Assembly (NCBI GenBank): GCA_031285625.1
Contig: JAITVV010000004.1
Coordinates: 1-22,199 of the forward strand
Length of the DNA stretch: 22,199 nucleotides
Direction of reading: 5' to 3'
From: Prevotella sp.
GTDB lineage: Bacteria > Bacteroidota > Bacteroidia > Bacteroidales > Dysgonomonadaceae
Shown piece by piece: positions 18,503-22,199 of this stretch. The notes beneath the pieces were generated by a model. It was given only the letters and a program-made list of their open reading frames with translations. It was not told the origin of the DNA and ran no database searches. Each line of letters opens with the position of its first letter. Within the stretch, counting starts at the first letter, position 1. The position numbers were made by a program, and so were the translations under genes.

Positions 18503-18808
18503 CGCCAGGAAACTCTACTTCATAGCTGTAACCACTTACTGAACAGGACGAAACTGGCTCTGATGCAGTGAACGGTGCAATCCGGAGGGTACCAGCCGGT
18601 CGCTTTCCAATGTCGACGGCCCCTTGCATTCCCCAGCGTTCTAGTGACGCAGGTAGCGGTGATGCCACTTATAAAACGTCTTCTCTCCCATGCCAAGGCT
18701 TTTGGCAAATGCCTTCGCGCTTAAACCGCTGCTCTGATATGATTCTATGACCTTAAATCCTTCACTTTCGCTTAATGCTATGCCTGGTCTGTATTCTATC
18801 GTTTCCAT
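18503..18808 (-). pseudogene. tnpA: IS66 TnpA, 5' fragment (absent from the ORF track)
   Basis: METIEY...YQSSGLSAKAFAKSLGMGEKTFYKWHHRY (TnpA HTH), stop at 18641-18643, one frameshift, then YSYEVEFPG. Confidence 0.8.
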
Positions 18809-19125
18809 ATTCGTTTTTTAGAACAAAGGTAAACCCTTGCGCTGAGGAAGAAAACATGCACTTGGATGAAGGTTTACGTATGAAGTGCCTGGTCGAATGC
18901 TTCGAGGAAATAAAGTATGGAAGTACAGGCCGGTAGGCCGGTTGAAAAGCAGAACGCACAGGATAAAAAGCATGAAAATCATATGCAAAGGAGAATGCCG
19001 GCAACGCTTGGCTTCCGGAAAAGTCTTTCCCTTATTTTTTACTTTTTATTTATCTTATCGTTTCCCGCTTTTATAGATGGCGGGCGGATTGAAATTTTAC
19101 ATAAGGCATAACCATATAAAATATC

Positions 19126-20238
19126 TCAAACGTTTATCAACTCATATTGCGTTTGGCCAAGCCCGATTTTTCCGGCATGTTCAAGTCCCGCGCTCCATTC
19201 CACATCAGGATGTATATGGGTGAACTTGTCTTTGCCCACCAGCGCGTCCCCACCTTTCGGATTGGCGCGGCTACCCGCCAGCGACGGGGCGGCGGCCACC
19301 ATGTCGACGCAGGCCCTGTCGAGCGCCACAGGGTCGAATGAAGCGGCTATGCCTATATCCGGCACAAGCGCCACATCGTTGGATGCCCAGCAATCGCACT
19401 CGGGCGAAACGTTCATAATAAAGCTGATGTGGAAATTGGGCTTTCCGTCCAAAACAGCCGCCGAATATTCGGCAACTTTTTTGTTCATGACTTCGGAAGA
19501 CGAATCCCAAGATATTTGCGCGGCGTCAAAGCGGCATACAGCCACGCATTGCCCACAACCTATACATTTTGCGTAATCGATAACGGCATGCTTCCCGGGC
19601 GATATTCCGATAGCCTGTTGGCTGCAATATTTCACGCACATACGGCAAGCGGTGCAGGCCTTCTCATCGATGAAGGGCTGCGAAGTGGAATGCAGGTCCA
19701 TTTTGCCGCCACGCGAAGCGCAACCCATCCCGATATTCTTCAGGGCGCCGCCGAAGCCGGCCATTTCGTGCCCCTTGAAGTGAGTCATCGAAATAATAAC
19801 ATCGGCGTTGACCACCGCGTTGCCGATTTTGGCCGTCCGGCAGTATTCACCGTTTGGAACAGGCATTTCCGTGTATTCCGTGCCTTTCAGTCCATCGGCA
19901 ATGATAACCGGGGCTCTGAGAGTGAGCTGATTGAAACCGTTGTCGCTGGCGGCGGTTAAATGATCGATGGCATTGCTGCGCCTGCCGGAATAAAGTGTGT
20001 TGGCATCGGTAAAGAAGACTTTCGCGCCGAAGCCTTCGAGTATCTCCACCATTTTGGCTGCATAATTATGGCGGATATAGGCAAGGTTGCCCGGTTCGCC
20101 GAAGTGTATCTTGACAGCCGTGAACTTATTCCTGAAGTCAATCTGTCCGATCCCGGCGTGTTTCACAAGCCTTTCCAGTTTATGGAGCAGGTTCGTATCG
20201 GCGTTTGTATGCAAATTTGTAAAATATACTTTCGACAT
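19126..20238 (-). CDS. DUF362-domain 4Fe-4S binding protein
   Basis: KIHFGEPGN, HFKGH...GGALKN, CTACRMCVKYC and CIGCGQCVAVC, SFDPVALD. Confidence 0.92.
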   Translation of the reverse strand: MSKVYFTNLHTNADTNLLHKLERLVKHAGIGQIDFRNKFTAVKIHFGEPGNLAYIRHNYAAKMVEILEGFGAKVFFTDANTLYSGRRSNAIDHLTAASDNGFNQLTLRAPVIIADGLKGTEYTEMPVPNGEYCRTAKIGNAVVNADVIISMTHFKGHEMAGFGGALKNIGMGCASRGGKMDLHSTSQPFIDEKACTACRMCVKYCSQQAIGISPGKHAVIDYAKCIGCGQCVAVCRFDAAQISWDSSSEVMNKKVAEYSAAVLDGKPNFHISFIMNVSPECDCWASNDVALVPDIGIAASFDPVALDRACVDMVAAAPSLAGSRANPKGGDALVGKDKFTHIHPDVEWSAGLEHAGKIGLGQTQYELINV

Positions 20239-20587
20239 GTTTAGACGTGTTGTTTTTTAGTTGCAGGTTATGGTTTTTGAGTTTTTAGCCTGGGTTCTTT
20301 TTGGGTATTTTCATTGCCAAAAGTTCTTCGGCGTCAGGTTACCGGGTTCAAATGTAAGATAACGGCTGCTCATTATCAAAAAATATCGTTGTAAATTTAT
20401 AAATGAGCTCAAAATTATGGAATCCTGAGTTTTTTGTTCTGGCCATATCCCCTACATGGAATTTTTTTGTAATACCATTGACTGTCAGTCCGGTTATGCC
20501 GTTCAAACCATGCCCGGAATGTTACGGCGGCAAAGAAACCTTTTCGGGGAATACAGCGGATGGGAACCGGATATTTGATTTTGAACG

Positions 20588-20628
20588 AAAAAAGAGGGTA
20601 CCGGATCACAGCCCGGATACCCTCTTTT
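20588..20628 (-). terminator. Intrinsic terminator (possibly bidirectional)
   Basis: AAAAGAGGGTA-CCGG...CCGG-A-TACCCTCTTTT just past the stop at 20652. Confidence 0.7.
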
Positions 20629-20651
20629 ATCCAACACAAGGCCGATTCAGG

Positions 20652-21398
20652 CTAAATATACCTGCTTATGTCGAAAGCCGTATTTCCAGGATTATACTGC
20701 TGGCCTGCAGCCTCTATCTCCTGCATAAACAATTTAGCCCTTTCCATACTTTCATTTTGCATCAGGTAAAACTTCAGGAAATCAGTCCCTTCTATTTTGC
20801 GGAATACATTTTTCGCTTTTACTTTCTCCTCTATTGTATACTCTTCTTTTCTCAGCGTATCGAACGTTTCGCCCAGTTCGTCGGGGCTGGCACCTGTCGC
20901 CATGTACATGGACAGGTCATCGCCTGCCGGCGGAGCGTTATCATACAGTCCGGGGTCGTCATTCTCCTCTTCCGGCATTTTTACTAGGCTATCACCACTA
21001 CCGGATACCGTTTCAACGTCACCGGGATCTATGCCGAGTTCCTCTTCTTAAGAGTCTACCACCTCCTTTTCCAGCGGGATACTGAAGATTACTTCGTTTT
21101 TATTGAACTTCGGCAGGTCCGACTCCTTTAAAAATCCAGTTTTGGATTTCCCGACTATCCCAGCCGTATTTACCTGCATTATAATATGCGATATGACCAC
21201 CCTTTCCTTTTTTCCATCCATATTACGGCAGTTTTCCGTTTGTTTGAGCCGCCTGTATTGCCTGTAACGGATCAGCCGCCGCAATATACCGAGTTTTTCC
21301 CATGCGTATGAAAACATTAGGAACAGGAAATAGAAAAACTGCTTGATTATAAAACACAGCATTTCAGCCAGTACGGTTATATAATATACTATTGCCAT
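20652..21398 (-). pseudogene. DUF4122-like conjugative-element protein with one internal stop
   Basis: ORFs 21048-21398 and 20652-20978 are in one frame, separated only by TAA at 21048-21050; motifs IVGKSK and ATGASPDEL. Confidence 0.6.
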
Positions 21399-21401
21399 AA
21401 G

Positions 21402-21656
21402 CTATTCTGATTTATTGTAAATATCATCGGCTATTGAACGCAGCCTGTCGTTAATCTCATTTTTATAAGTTTCAAAATGGTGGCTGATCAGGTTGAACAT
21501 GAAATTTGAAAAACTGATGCCTCCGGGTACGTTTATAAGCCTGTAAATCATGGAATACAGCTCGTCGTCGAAAAGCATGATCCTTTGCCTTCCCGGCTTG
21601 ACCGGCGGGCGGGATAAGAATAATTCGGCATATAATATTATTGTGTTATAAAACAC
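21402..21656 (-). CDS. DUF3408-like protein (start uncertain)
   Basis: YAELFL...ISFSNFMFNLISHHFETYKNEI. Confidence 0.55.
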   Translation of the reverse strand: MFYNTIILYAELFLSRPPVKPGRQRIMLFDDELYSMIYRLINVPGGISFSNFMFNLISHHFETYKNEINDRLRSIADDIYNKSE

Positions 21657-21710
21657 ATAAATAAACGATACGGTAGGCTCCGGGCGGCCGCTAAAGTATT
21701 CATACGGCTT

Positions 21711-22199
21711 TCAAAAGGCCCGGTTCATCCTGCTCCTGACCGCATCCGTATCGGACGGCTTAAAGTAACTGTTGAAGATGGTCGTAACGCTGTTGCCCGC
21801 CATTACCGCTATGTCGGCGGCATTGTAGTCCAGGTTCACCATTTTGGTAATGAAGGTGCCCCTTGCCGAATACCAGGTTATCTTCCCGTCGTAACCCAGC
21901 ATCCCGGCGATTTTATGGAGTGTTTTGTTCAGCCCGACCTTCGTCCGGTGGAGCTTTTCCTTCTTCTGCCTTTCCGTTGCCTGCTTCGCGGTAAAGACAG
22001 GCAGCACATAATTGCCGTGGCACTCTTTCCTGTATTTATCCGCTATCAGCCTGGCCTTGTCCAGGAACGGCATCTTAGCCTCCTTGGACACTTTCATCCG
22101 TTCATAGATGATCATATCCTCCCTGATGCAATCCCGGGTCAGGTGCGCCAGGTCGATCGGGGCGATACCTCCCGCGTAAAAGGTGAACAGGAACAGGTC
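21711..22199 (-). CDS. Tyrosine integrase catalytic domain, 5'-partial
   Basis: Open to the window edge: DLFLFTFYAGGIAPIDL...YERMK...TWYSARGTF...AGNS...SYF. Confidence 0.85.
   Translation of the reverse strand, partial: DLFLFTFYAGGIAPIDLAHLTRDCIREDMIIYERMKVSKEAKMPFLDKARLIADKYRKECHGNYVLPVFTAKQATERQKKEKLHRTKVGLNKTLHKIAGMLGYDGKITWYSARGTFITKMVNLDYNAADIAVMAGNSVTTIFNSYFKPSDTDAVRSRMNRAF

Larger units (their letters stand above)
4095..18511. mobile_element. Integrated genomic island (14.4 kb) inserted in IS66 tnpA
   Basis: Direct repeat CGCCAGGAA at 4095-4103 and 18503-18511; removing the interval restores tnpA; paired GGGTCG-type repeats near both ends. Confidence 0.8.
1211..18877 (-). mobile_element. 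Degenerate IS66-family element, split by two insertions
   Basis: tnpA, tnpB and tnpC fragments in order on the minus strand; candidate termini GTAAGCTTTCGCTAAA (1211, +) and GTAAACCTTCATCCAA (18877, -). No 8-bp target duplication is visible, so the ends are tentative. Confidence 0.7.

Noticed and set aside
1203-18885. 8-bp IS66 target-site duplication
   Set aside because: Flanks GTTTATCA and GTATGAAG do not match
19147-20244. Several ORFs overlapping the DUF362 gene
   Set aside because: Shadow frames of a GC-rich real gene
1-22199. CRISPR array, cas genes or reverse transcriptase
   Set aside because: No regularly spaced repeats and no Cas or RT motifs seen

Overview
Bacteroidales chromosomal window in which a decayed IS66 (~1211-18877, minus strand) lies between a hexosaminidase-type gene end and a DUF362 Fe-S gene. 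Its tnpC is interrupted by a RIT-like tyrosine recombinase remnant, and its tnpA is split by a 14.4 kb island bounded by CGCCAGGAA direct repeats (4095-4103, 18503-18511). The island holds a broken two-integrase mobilizable element, two intact defence-like loci (Abi-alpha-like gene; AAA ATPase + RloB + unknown gene) and two divergent, intact IS110/IS1111-type elements. The strongest signal is in these two IS110s. Their 3' non-coding ends share a two-loop RNA scaffold whose variable segments match each element's own insertion flanks, as expected for bridge/seek RNAs. Joining their ends creates a consensus Bacteroidetes promoter. All calls were made by eye; no database searches or folding programs were run.
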